32,000 bases of DNA from an uncultured Enterobacter sp. (GTDB lineage Bacteria; Pseudomonadota; Gammaproteobacteria; Enterobacterales; Enterobacteriaceae), in assembly GCA_963521185.1 (NCBI GenBank), contig CAUQTV010000013.1:8383-40382 (forward strand), read 5' to 3'. The position numbers were made by a program, and so were the translations under genes. Within the stretch, counting starts at the first letter, position 1, and every line of letters starts with the position of its first letter. Shown here one piece after another: positions 18,569-28,026 of the stretch. The notes under the pieces are model-generated. The model searched no databases. It had not been told where the DNA came from and saw only the letters and a list, made by a program, of their open reading frames with translations.

Positions 18569-18660
18569 CTGATTATTAACTTCCTCACGCTACCTGTTCA
18601 GGTGGCGCGATGACTGCCGGAAAAATGCTTATGCACACTGCAGACAACTATTTTACTCAG
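18554..18660 (+). repeat. Direct repeat copy 1 of the traD leader, start codon and first ~17 codons
   Basis: It aligns ungapped with 19052-19158 at an offset of 498 bp. Examples: GTCTGCGGCG, CCTGATTATTAACTTCCTCACGCTACCTG and AGGTGGCGCGATGACTGCCGGAAAA are identical, and codons 6-17 are partly conserved. Confidence 0.85.
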
Positions 18661-18981
18661 GACAACAAACCCGATACCACCCGATCAGACACCCTCTGGT
18701 CGCTGATTTTACTGGAAAGCGACCTGGTGGAAGCGCTGGCAATGTTTCGTATTTTTGGGCCCTCTGTCGACAACCAGAGCCATGCCCTGGCGTCGTGGTG
18801 GGCCGGGTACAGATTTACCTGGTGGGGAACACAGGATGATTCAGACGTGTCAGCAGCCTGTGCTGATGTGGTGGTGTCCATCTGCCGCATGGCTGCTGAA
18901 CTGGATAACAAAGAGTGGCAGACCGGTGTCAGGCAGGCGCAATTTGAGCTTTCCCTGATGCAGGGCGATCTGCCGGAATAA
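18610..18981 (+). CDS. Hypothetical acidic, Trp-rich 123-aa protein whose first ~17 codons are a copy of the traD 5' end
   Basis: The ORF starts MTAGK.., identical to the traD ORF start. GGTGG lies 4 nt upstream. MTAGKMLMHTADNYFTQ compares with MTAGKFPMSFAGKNLTQ in TraD. The rest is unrelated to TraD and has no TM segment. Confidence 0.55.
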   Translation: MTAGKMLMHTADNYFTQDNKPDTTRSDTLWSLILLESDLVEALAMFRIFGPSVDNQSHALASWWAGYRFTWWGTQDDSDVSAACADVVVSICRMAAELDNKEWQTGVRQAQFELSLMQGDLPE

Positions 18982-19051
18982 AGTGCCGGGACAGCAACCT
19001 CCGCACGCCCCTTCTGTCCTGCCCCCGTACTGAATGTGCTGCCTTCCGCAG

Positions 19052-19158
19052 GTCTGCGGCGGGTACCTGATTATTAACTTCCTCACGCTACCTGCCCAGG
19101 TGGCGCGATGACTGCCGGAAAATTTCCTATGAGCTTTGCAGGCAAGAACCTTACTCAG
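19052..19158 (+). repeat. Direct repeat copy 2 (authentic traD leader and 5' end)
   Basis: See copy 1. It is preceded by a short hairpin, CCGCAG-gt-CTGCGG (19046-19059), a degenerate version of the copy A/C element. Confidence 0.85.
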
Positions 19159-21639
19159 GGCGGCCAGATGACCGCCTACCGCTGGCGCATGTTTATTCAG
19201 GTCAACAACTGGATCGGTTTCTGGGTATTTATCCTGTTCGTTCTGATCGCCTCATCCCTGTTCCTGTGGCGCACACCGCAGGAGATGCTGGATAACGGGG
19301 CACTTTACTGGTTCGCTAACCTGAATCAGAGCTTTATCGACCTCATGCCGGCCGGTGCCGGGCGGTTTTACGATGTTCATTATTACCACGCACCGACGCA
19401 GACAAATTATGTCCTCAAAATGACCCTGGTGCAGATTTATGGCGATCCGTACATGAATGCGATGGGGACGCAGGTGCTGGAGCAGCTGCAATGGGCAGCG
19501 CTGGCCAGTGGCATATTTTGCACCGGTGTGTTCGCCGCCATATCCTGGTATATTTCGCGTATCGGTAAGCAGGAGAGCGAAGATCAGTATATCTCCGGGA
19601 TGCAGCTGACGGATAAACCTGCTGACGTGAACCGGTTGCTGCGCCAGAACGGTGAGCTGTCCGATTTGCGCGTCGGGGAGCTGCATATGGTACAGCGCGC
19701 CGAGGTGATGAATTATCTCATTCACGGCACCATTGGCGTGGGGAAATCGACGATTATTCGCTGGCTGCTCGATTACATTCGCAAGCGCGGCGACCGGGCC
19801 ATTATTTACGATTCGGGCTGTACGTTTACCGAAACCCACTACGATCCCCGCACAGACATTATCCTGAACGCCCACGACGATCGCTGCGCCAACTGGCAGA
19901 TGTGGGGCGAGTGTGTGGATGCCGTCGATTACGACAACATGGCGGCCAGTCTTATCCCGGTTGAAGGGGATTCTGACCCGTTCTGGGTGTCCAGCTCGCG
20001 TACCATCTATGCCGACCTTGCCATCCGCATGTCCGCCGACCCCGATCGCAGTATCGAAAAATTCCTGAAAACCCTGCTGTCACTCAGCATGCAGAGCCTG
20101 CGTGAATACCTGGCGAACACGCCGGCCGCCAACCTCGTTGAGGAAAAAAACGAGAAAACGGCTATTTCGATCCGTTCCGTTGTCACCAACTACGCCAAAG
20201 CGCTGCGTTATCTGCAGGGCCTCGATGACGGTGTCAAACCGCCGTTCACCATCCGGGAATGGATGACCACGGAGAAATACGATAACAGCTGGTTATTTAT
20301 CTCCACGCAGGCCCGGCACCGTAAGAGCGTAAGGCCGCTGATTTCGCTCTGGGTATCGCTGGCCACCCTGATGCTGCAGAGCATGGGCGAGAACAGCGAC
20401 CGGCGCGTGTGGTTTATTTTTGACGAACTTCCCAGCCTGCAGCGCATTCCTGAATTCAACGAAACCCTGGCCGAAGGGCGAAAATTTGGTGGCTGCTTTG
20501 TCATCGGCGTACAGAACATGGCGCAGCTGGTTCACGCGTATGGCCGGGAGCTGGCGAAAAGTATGTTTGACCTGCTCAACACACGCATGTACGGCCGTTC
20601 CCCCAGTGCCGAAATGGCAGAAATTGTGCAGAAAGAGCTGGGCAATCAGCGCAAGCGCGAAATCCGGGAGCAGAACTCCTATGGCCTGGATACGGTGCGT
20701 GACGGCATCTCGCTCGGTAAGGACAAGGTTAACAACCCGATTGTCGATTACGAGCAGATTATGCGCCTGCCGAACCTGAATTTTTACGTGCGTCTGCCGG
20801 GGGAATATCCGGTGGTCAGACTGGGCCTGAAATACAAGAAACTGGTGAAACATAACACCGGCCTTATTGAGCGAAACATCCGTGATGTGCTGAGTCCGGA
20901 GCTGGAAAAAGTTATCCAGGAGAACGAGCGGGCGGCCACTGCGGCAGGCCTTAACTTCCCGACCGGGGATGAAGTGCTGGAAAGTAACAGCGCCACTCCC
21001 GAAACCGCGCCTGCTGTTGCCCCGCAGCCGGTGCCGGAAAAAGCAGAAAGCAAACCCGCAAGGCCTGAAGCGGCAAAAGCTCAGGCAACAGCGTCAGCAA
21101 AACCATTAACTCCAGGCCCGGTGCCAGAGAAGGTATCTGTACCGCTTACCCGTCCTCCTGCTGAACCTGTAACCGGTCCTGCCGTTAATTCCCGGACGCC
21201 TGAACCTGCGGCAACTGAAACGCCGGGCGGTAACGTTGTTTCCCTGCGTCCAGTGCTGATACGACCCACACCACCTGTATCTTCGGTCGCACCAGAAAAT
21301 GTTCGTACAACGCCTGGTAAAGGTAAAGACGCACTTGAGGTGCTTAATCGCCGGCTTCGCCAGCCCGTCTCCAGCGCAGCCAGTAATGGGGGTGACGAGG
21401 ACGTTTCCGGGGGCGGGGAGTCTATGAGCCTCGATATGCACGTCACCGCGCTGGCGGAGGGTGGCCTTGAGCTTTCCACCGCTGGTACGCATGAGCGAAG
21501 CGACGACTATCCCGCTGATCACCGCGCCAGCAAAAGCCTGGCACAGGACGAAGAAAACATTCTGCTGCACCGCCATCCTGACGATCCGGGTTACAGCGAG
21601 TACGACCTTAATTACGACGACGGAGAACGTGACCTATGA
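19108..21639 (+). CDS. traD: TraD, type IV coupling protein (VirD4/FtsK-like ATPase)
   Basis: MSFAGKNLTQGGQ resembles the F TraD N-terminus, so the start may be the ATG at 19129. There are two N-terminal TM helices. Walker A GTIGVGKST lies at nt 19726-19752. RRVWFIFDELPSL (Walker B) and KFGGC.V.G.Q are present. A long Pro-rich linker and an acidic C-terminus follow. Confidence 0.95.
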   Translation: MTAGKFPMSFAGKNLTQGGQMTAYRWRMFIQVNNWIGFWVFILFVLIASSLFLWRTPQEMLDNGALYWFANLNQSFIDLMPAGAGRFYDVHYYHAPTQTNYVLKMTLVQIYGDPYMNAMGTQVLEQLQWAALASGIFCTGVFAAISWYISRIGKQESEDQYISGMQLTDKPADVNRLLRQNGELSDLRVGELHMVQRAEVMNYLIHGTIGVGKSTIIRWLLDYIRKRGDRAIIYDSGCTFTETHYDPRTDIILNAHDDRCANWQMWGECVDAVDYDNMAASLIPVEGDSDPFWVSSSRTIYADLAIRMSADPDRSIEKFLKTLLSLSMQSLREYLANTPAANLVEEKNEKTAISIRSVVTNYAKALRYLQGLDDGVKPPFTIREWMTTEKYDNSWLFISTQARHRKSVRPLISLWVSLATLMLQSMGENSDRRVWFIFDELPSLQRIPEFNETLAEGRKFGGCFVIGVQNMAQLVHAYGRELAKSMFDLLNTRMYGRSPSAEMAEIVQKELGNQRKREIREQNSYGLDTVRDGISLGKDKVNNPIVDYEQIMRLPNLNFYVRLPGEYPVVRLGLKYKKLVKHNTGLIERNIRDVLSPELEKVIQENERAATAAGLNFPTGDEVLESNSATPETAPAVAPQPVPEKAESKPARPEAAKAQATASAKPLTPGPVPEKVSVPLTRPPAEPVTGPAVNSRTPEPAATETPGGNVVSLRPVLIRPTPPVSSVAPENVRTTPGKGKDALEVLNRRLRQPVSSAASNGGDEDVSGGGESMSLDMHVTALAEGGLELSTAGTHERSDDYPADHRASKSLAQDEENILLHRHPDDPGYSEYDLNYDDGERDL

Positions 21640-24600
21640 TGTCAGTCGCCCCCGTAGCCTCGGCAGGCACTGCCGCCGGTTATTACAGCCATTCTGATAA
21701 TTACTATTTCCTCGGCAATCTGCAGAGCCACTGGCTGGGTGAAGGATCCAGGGAGCTGGGCCTCGACGGGCCTGTCCGGAGTGACTCGCTGACGGCGGTG
21801 CTGGAAGGCCGTCTGCCGGACGGCGGACGGCTGGGGAAAGAAATTAACGGCAATCATGTCCACCGGCCGGGGCATGACCTGACGTTTTCTGCCCCCAAAA
21901 GCGTGTCCATTCTGGCGCTCATTGGCGGCGATAAACGCATGGTTGATGCGCACAACCATGCGGTGCAGGTGGCCGCCGGGTATGTGGAGAAGCTGATCTC
22001 GGCGCGGGAAACCAAAAATGGCGTCACCTCTATTGTGCATACCGGAAAAATGGTGGCCGCCGCGTTCACGCATGACACCTCACGCAATCTCGATCCGCAA
22101 CTGCACACGCACCTTATCGTCGCCAACATGACTGAGCTGGGTGGCAAGTGGAAAGCGCTGGCCACAGATTACATTCATGACGCGGGTTTTATCGAAACCG
22201 TGATGAAAATGCAGGTCACGCTCGGCAAAATCTACCGTACCGCGCTGCGTGAACAGGTCGAAGCGATGGGGCATAAGGTGGAGGAAGTCGGTAAGCACGG
22301 CATGTGGGAAATCCGGGGCGTACCGGAGGAGGTCCGGGAGGAATACTCCTCGCGCGGGCGCGAGGTGCAGGGGGCGGTCGGTGCTGAAGCCACCCTGCGA
22401 AGCCGGGATGTGGCGGCAAAAGACACCCGTCGTGCGAAAGTTGACCCGTCCCGCATCAGGCTGATGGAGCGCTGGCAGACACAGATGAAGGAGAAAGGCT
22501 TCGATCTGAAAGGCTATATGGACAGCGTGACGCAAGCTGAAAGCGACACGGCGAGTCTTCCGGAACAAATCCCGTCGACGGCAGACGTTCAGACACGGTC
22601 ACAGCCAGACAGCACACCTGAAAAAGTCCCTGCGCGGGACAGTATACCCGATGCGGGAAAAGTCACTGAACGTGATGTGGCGCGTGAAGAACCGTCCCGC
22701 CCTGTCACATCGACCCCGTCGGTGATGCAGACCGGAACGCACGCTGTGTCACCTGCTGCACAGGGGGCTAAAGCCGGACCTGAAAAACCGCACATCAGGG
22801 CGGAGGTATCCGACGCCGTGCGCCATGCCATTTCCCATTTAAGTAACGACAAAACCCGTTTTACCTGGGGTGAGCTGATGCTGACGGCCACCGAATTCAG
22901 TGATCAGCTGCCGGCCGTGGCCGAGGTCAAAATGGCTATCGATGCCTCCCTGAAGGAGGGCATGATCGTCCCGCTCGACAGTGAAAAGGGCGTGTTCACC
23001 TCGCGCATTCATCTCCTTGATGAGCTGTCCATCCAGGCACTGAGCCAGGAGCGGCTGAAAGACGGGAAGGTGGTGAGCTTTGCCAGGCCTGAGCAGTATG
23101 CGCCCCGTGCGCTTGAGGCCGTGGAGAAATCGCCTCTCGTGTTGATGAATGCCCCGACCGGCGTGGCCGGGATCCGGGAGCTGACTACACAGCTGACAGA
23201 TATTTCCACCGCGCACGGGCGTGAGGTGACGGTTCTGGCCAGTTCGGCGGAGCGGGCCACGTCTCTCGCGAAGTCCGATACGTTGCGCGATCGCCTCATC
23301 AGTCGTTCGCATGTGCTGAGCGGCGATTTCAGCCTGAAGCCGCAGGGCACGCTTATCATTGAAGGTGCCGAGCGTCTGGGCCTGAAAGAAACGCTGGTTC
23401 TGCTGGGGGAAGCGCGTGAAAAAGACGCGCAACTCGTTTTTCTCGACAGCGCGGGACGTCAGGCAAACGGAAACGCCATGTCGGTACTGGAGTCAGCCGG
23501 CGTGGAACGCAGCCGGCGAACTGAGCCTGCGCCGGGCCTTGAGACGGAAGTGGTCAGCATTGCCGACAAACGTGACCGCTATGCTGCCCTGGCCAGTCGG
23601 TTTGCTGAACTCAGCGCCGGCAGTGAGCCGGTCACGGCCGTCGTGCTGGGGCAGCGGGAGCAGAAGCACCTGACGGGGCTTATCCGGGATGCGCTGCAGA
23701 ATGCCGGACAGCTTGAGCGTGACGGTGTCACGGTTGAGGCGCGTTCCCCGGTCTGGCTGGACAATAAAACACGCCGAATGTCCGGCACGTACCGGGCCGG
23801 GCAGGTACTGGAAGATCGCAGTGATGCAAAGACCACCCGGCATTTCGTCATTGAGCGTATCCACGAAGACACCCGCGTCCTGTCCCTTATTGACAGTGAT
23901 GGTGTACTTTCCCGTATGAAAATGTCTGAACTGACTGCCGACTGGCGTCTGTATGACAGCGAGACGATCAGCATCAGCACAGGCGAGCAGCTGATCGCCA
24001 TCGCCGGTGACAGGGAGGCTGGCCTGAAAGCGAAAGACCGGTTGCAGGTCATCGGGTTCAGCGCAAAAGGTATTCAGGTGGAGCGCGATGGCCAGACAAT
24101 GACGCTGCCGGCGGATCGGCCTCTTTATGTGAAACATGCCTATGTGGCCGCGCCGGGCGGGCGGGATAATGATACCGGTGTGGTACTGGCCGCGCTGAAT
24201 TCACGTGATATTTCAGCACGCACCATGAATTCACTGGCGCAGTCCGGCACACGGGCTGAAGTGTTTACAGCTGAAACGCAGGACAGGGCTGAAGCCCGGT
24301 TGCAGCGTATGAACAGCAACAGCTCTCCGGTGCAGCTTGTTCGGCACCTCAGCGGGAAGGACGATGTCAGTGTTGCGATCAGTGCCCTGCATGATGGGGT
24401 GAAAAGTGAGGCAGGGCTTGCAGTCTGGCGCGCCATCAATGACCAGCGTGGGGTGACATTTAGCGAACTGACATTGCTTGCAAAGGCAGCAGAGTATCAT
24501 CCTGACATCGGTGCGGTGGGGCAGCATATCAGCACGATGGTCAGACAGGGCGATCTGCTGCCGGTGTCGGTCAGGGGTGAACCCGCCCTGGTCGCCCGCG

Positions 24601-27125
24601 CCACGTGGGAAATGGAGAAAGCCATTATCCGGGTGATCGATGAGGGTAAAAACACGCAGGAACAGCTGCTCGAGCAGGTTGATCCGCGTTTACTGGACGG
24701 CCTGACCGGCGGTCAGAAAGCCGCCGCCAGATTGGTGCTGGGCACAACCGATCAGTTTATCGGTATTCAGGGTTATGCCGGTGTCGGCAAGACCACACAG
24801 GTTAAAGCCGTTAAAGCCGCCATTGAAACTTTGCCTGTCGCCGGACGACCGGTGCTGAGCGGTCTTGCACCCACACACCAGGCCGTAAAGGAACTTAAGG
24901 ACACAGGGATGCCCGCGCAGACGGCGAAGTCTTTCTTGGTTGAGCATGACCAGCGTGTCAACTCCGGCGAAAAACCTGACTACCGTGAACGTGTCTTTCT
25001 TATCGATGAATCCTCCATGATCGGAAACCAGGATACCGCTGCCGTCTACCTTGCGATTCAGGCTGGCGGCGGACGCGGTGTCTCGATGGGGGATACTGAT
25101 CAGTTTGAATCGGTAGACTCCGGCGCGCCGTTTAAACTGGTGCAGGAGCGCAGCCCGATGGATGTGGCCATTATGAAAGAGATCGTCCGTCAGAAAGATG
25201 TCCAGCTGAAAGCTGCAGTACACGACATCATTGATAACCGTATCGATGCCGCCATCAGACGCATTGAGGCGCAGCCGGCCGGTAAAATCCCGCGTATGGC
25301 CGGGGCCACGCTTCCAGATTCCGGTATTGTCACCACAGAAGATGCCGTGGGCGACATTGTCCGCGACTGGACAGAGCGCACCCCGCAGGCCCGGCAGAAT
25401 ACGTTAATCATCACGCAACTGAACGCCGACCGGCAGGCCGTCAACGCAGGGATCCACGCGGAATTAGCCGGGCGCGGGGAACTGGGGGAGAAAAGCATCA
25501 CCGTCCCGGTGCTGGAAAAAATGTCCCATACCCGCCATCAGTTTAATAAAACCGCTGCGTGGCAGGCAGGCATGGTGGTGAAACGGGGCGACCGGTATCA
25601 GGATGTGGTTGCGGTGGACAAAAACGGCTCACTGGTCACGGTCAGGGATGAGGACGGCAGACTCGGTATGGTGTCCCCCCGCGAGCTTATTACCGCCGAC
25701 GTGGAGCTGTTTACCCGCAGCGGGATGACGGTAAACGCCGGTGATGAGCTTCGCTTTACCGCCACCGACCGGGAACGTGGCCAGACCGGTAATCAGCGGT
25801 TTACCGTACAGTCCGTGAACGATAACGGTGACATTGTCATGAAGGGCGCGGCCGGAACGAAGATCATCAATCCCGCGCAGGTGCGTGCAGAGCAGCATAT
25901 CGATTATGCCTGGGCGGTCACCGGTTACGGCGCACAGGGGGCAAGCAGCGAGTACGTGATCGCGCTGGAAGGCACGGAGGGCGGGCGTAAGTATCTTGCA
26001 TCACAGCGGGCCTTCTACATTTCTGCCTCCCGTGCAAAAGAGCATGTGCAGATCTACACCGACGAAAAGAGTAAGTGGGTGGCCGCCATGAAACAACCCG
26101 AAAAGGAGGTGAAAACCGCGCATGATGCCCTGAAACCCGAAACACAGCGCCAGCAGGCAAAAGCCATCTGGGCGATGGGGCAGCCGGTCACTAAAACCGC
26201 CATCGGACGGGCGTGGGCACGCCATCAGTCAATGGCTGAACACAGCCTGACGGCAAAAATCATCCCGGCCACCCGGCGTTTTCCGGAGCCGGCGCTGGCA
26301 TTACCGCTGTATGACAACAATGGCAAAGGGGCCGGGCTGGCCCTGATCTCCCTGATTGCCAGTCCTGAAGGGCGACTGACACAGGGTGATATACGCATGG
26401 TGGCCACGGAAGGTGCCAGCGCGGCCGTACTCCAGCGCAGTCAGACCGGTAACACCCATGTTGTCAGGCATCTCAGCGATGCCCTGACCGCCGTGCGTGA
26501 GCATCCGAAAGACGGGGTGGTGTGGCAGACCGGCGGGGAGAAACCGTCCGCACACCTGATGAAAGTCAGCCGGGGGGTACATCAGGAGGAGGATGCAGCC
26601 CGCATCAGAGCGGTGTCAGGCTTCGTTCCGGAAATTACGCTGCCCGTCACGCGGGACACGCCGGAACGGGAGGGGGAACAGCTGTTTGTGCTTCAGGCCG
26701 CAGAGGCGCTGCGCAGGGCGGCGGAACAGGAAAGAGCCGGCGCGGTTGTGGACACGCCGACGCCGAATGCCCGTGATAAACCAGAGTCTGTCACGCTGCC
26801 CGCCGAAGAAAGCATTATCCTGCCGGCCGACCTGACGCAGGCGCGCGGAATCCAGGCATTCACGCCGGACAGCAGCACGCTGCGCAAACTCACACACGAC
26901 CTGACCGGCAACACCGGAGAACGGATCCCCGCTGGGTTGATGCGCGACGAGAGCGGCACTGACCCGGAGCGCGCGGCGTCAGAACTCGCCAGTGCCGCTA
27001 AGGTGGTGAATGAACTGGCGGCAACCGAAAGAGATATGGTACGCCTGTCTGCCGAAGGCGATCGGGGTCGTGTCATCGAGCATGAAGAACCCGTTCATAC
27101 CCGCACGATCCAGAAAGAACGTTAA
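21636..27125 (+). CDS. traI: TraI, MOB-F relaxase / DNA helicase I
   Basis: The start forms an ATGA overlap with the traD stop. MMSVAPV.SAG.AAGYYS..DNYY carries the catalytic Tyr pairs. HDTSRNLDPQLHTHLIVANM is the His-triad motif. Helicase Walker A GYAGVGKTT lies at nt 24771-24797, and LIDESSM is present. 1829 aa against 1756 aa in F. Confidence 0.97.
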   Translation: MMSVAPVASAGTAAGYYSHSDNYYFLGNLQSHWLGEGSRELGLDGPVRSDSLTAVLEGRLPDGGRLGKEINGNHVHRPGHDLTFSAPKSVSILALIGGDKRMVDAHNHAVQVAAGYVEKLISARETKNGVTSIVHTGKMVAAAFTHDTSRNLDPQLHTHLIVANMTELGGKWKALATDYIHDAGFIETVMKMQVTLGKIYRTALREQVEAMGHKVEEVGKHGMWEIRGVPEEVREEYSSRGREVQGAVGAEATLRSRDVAAKDTRRAKVDPSRIRLMERWQTQMKEKGFDLKGYMDSVTQAESDTASLPEQIPSTADVQTRSQPDSTPEKVPARDSIPDAGKVTERDVAREEPSRPVTSTPSVMQTGTHAVSPAAQGAKAGPEKPHIRAEVSDAVRHAISHLSNDKTRFTWGELMLTATEFSDQLPAVAEVKMAIDASLKEGMIVPLDSEKGVFTSRIHLLDELSIQALSQERLKDGKVVSFARPEQYAPRALEAVEKSPLVLMNAPTGVAGIRELTTQLTDISTAHGREVTVLASSAERATSLAKSDTLRDRLISRSHVLSGDFSLKPQGTLIIEGAERLGLKETLVLLGEAREKDAQLVFLDSAGRQANGNAMSVLESAGVERSRRTEPAPGLETEVVSIADKRDRYAALASRFAELSAGSEPVTAVVLGQREQKHLTGLIRDALQNAGQLERDGVTVEARSPVWLDNKTRRMSGTYRAGQVLEDRSDAKTTRHFVIERIHEDTRVLSLIDSDGVLSRMKMSELTADWRLYDSETISISTGEQLIAIAGDREAGLKAKDRLQVIGFSAKGIQVERDGQTMTLPADRPLYVKHAYVAAPGGRDNDTGVVLAALNSRDISARTMNSLAQSGTRAEVFTAETQDRAEARLQRMNSNSSPVQLVRHLSGKDDVSVAISALHDGVKSEAGLAVWRAINDQRGVTFSELTLLAKAAEYHPDIGAVGQHISTMVRQGDLLPVSVRGEPALVARATWEMEKAIIRVIDEGKNTQEQLLEQVDPRLLDGLTGGQKAAARLVLGTTDQFIGIQGYAGVGKTTQVKAVKAAIETLPVAGRPVLSGLAPTHQAVKELKDTGMPAQTAKSFLVEHDQRVNSGEKPDYRERVFLIDESSMIGNQDTAAVYLAIQAGGGRGVSMGDTDQFESVDSGAPFKLVQERSPMDVAIMKEIVRQKDVQLKAAVHDIIDNRIDAAIRRIEAQPAGKIPRMAGATLPDSGIVTTEDAVGDIVRDWTERTPQARQNTLIITQLNADRQAVNAGIHAELAGRGELGEKSITVPVLEKMSHTRHQFNKTAAWQAGMVVKRGDRYQDVVAVDKNGSLVTVRDEDGRLGMVSPRELITADVELFTRSGMTVNAGDELRFTATDRERGQTGNQRFTVQSVNDNGDIVMKGAAGTKIINPAQVRAEQHIDYAWAVTGYGAQGASSEYVIALEGTEGGRKYLASQRAFYISASRAKEHVQIYTDEKSKWVAAMKQPEKEVKTAHDALKPETQRQQAKAIWAMGQPVTKTAIGRAWARHQSMAEHSLTAKIIPATRRFPEPALALPLYDNNGKGAGLALISLIASPEGRLTQGDIRMVATEGASAAVLQRSQTGNTHVVRHLSDALTAVREHPKDGVVWQTGGEKPSAHLMKVSRGVHQEEDAARIRAVSGFVPEITLPVTRDTPEREGEQLFVLQAAEALRRAAEQERAGAVVDTPTPNARDKPESVTLPAEESIILPADLTQARGIQAFTPDSSTLRKLTHDLTGNTGERIPAGLMRDESGTDPERAASELASAAKVVNELAATERDMVRLSAEGDRGRVIEHEEPVHTRTIQKER

Positions 27126-27140
27126 CAGGAGAATATACAC

Positions 27141-27926
27141 ATGGTTTTTAAACAGACCGTTATGCCCTTAATAGTTACAACATTCATTTTATTTTCAGAA
27201 AACACACTGTCTTCGACCCCGCCGACAACATTCACTGCAGACCAGGAAGCCCGGATTGGACAGATCGCGGGGGATTATCTCCTGGCTCACCCGGAAATAC
27301 TGGTTAAGGTCAGCCAGAAACTTCAGCAGCAACAGTATGAGCGAATGCAGCTGCGTTTCGCGATGAAGGCTATGGAGCACCAGAGCAACCTGCTTAACGA
27401 TCCGGACACACCGTCAGCAGGTCCTGACAGCGCGGGCGTTGCGGTGATTGAATTCTTTGATTATCAGTGCATCTTCTGCAGTCAGCAGGCACCGGTGATG
27501 GAGCAAATCATGGGGACCAGCGCGGATGTGCGTTTTATTTTTAAGGAGTGGCCTGTCTTCGCTCAGAAATGGCCGGCATCAGAAAACGCCGCGTTGCAGG
27601 GGATCAATATATGGAGACAGCACGGCAGCAAAGCCTACATGGCCTATCACAACGGCCTGTACCGGACTGGTCACAATGAAGGGAAGCTGACGACAGCGGA
27701 TATTGATGCCGTTACAGAGGCAACGGGCGTGAAGATGCAACCCGCAGCCGACCGTCATGACGTTCTGGCCAGAACAGATGCACTGGCTCAGGATCTGGGA
27801 CTGACCGGAACGCCAGGCATCATCGTCATGCCGGTAAAAAATGCGACGCCTGACGCCATTACCGTATTCCCCGGCATGGCAACAGCGGAACAGCTGCAGG
27901 CTGCGATTGTAAAAGCCAGGCGGTAG
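27141..27926 (+). CDS. DsbA-family periplasmic thiol:disulfide oxidoreductase with N-terminal extension (CxxC = CIFC)
   Basis: AGGAG lies upstream. It has a signal peptide. The thioredoxin-fold motif FFDYQCIFCSQ places the CxxC at nt 27468-27479, and a cis-Pro-type GTPGIIV motif is near the C-terminus. An N-terminal helical region precedes the fold, as in ScsC/DsbG-like proteins. It occupies the position of traX in F. Confidence 0.8.
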   Translation: MVFKQTVMPLIVTTFILFSENTLSSTPPTTFTADQEARIGQIAGDYLLAHPEILVKVSQKLQQQQYERMQLRFAMKAMEHQSNLLNDPDTPSAGPDSAGVAVIEFFDYQCIFCSQQAPVMEQIMGTSADVRFIFKEWPVFAQKWPASENAALQGINIWRQHGSKAYMAYHNGLYRTGHNEGKLTTADIDAVTEATGVKMQPAADRHDVLARTDALAQDLGLTGTPGIIVMPVKNATPDAITVFPGMATAEQLQAAIVKARR

Positions 27927-28026
27927 TGACTTACCCCATCTCCGGGAATGCGTGTGACTACCCGCCAGTAGCTCATGTCCCGTTCAGCCCGGAGCGTAAG
28001 GCGTCCCCGTTATTCCTGTGGCGTTG

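Noticed and set aside
26514-26525. GGGGTGGTGTGG, reminiscent of the G-rich F oriT nick-region sequence.
   Set aside because: It lies inside the traI coding sequence and lacks the flanking inverted repeat and the IHF/TraY/TraM site context. The authentic oriT should lie upstream of traM/traJ, outside this window.
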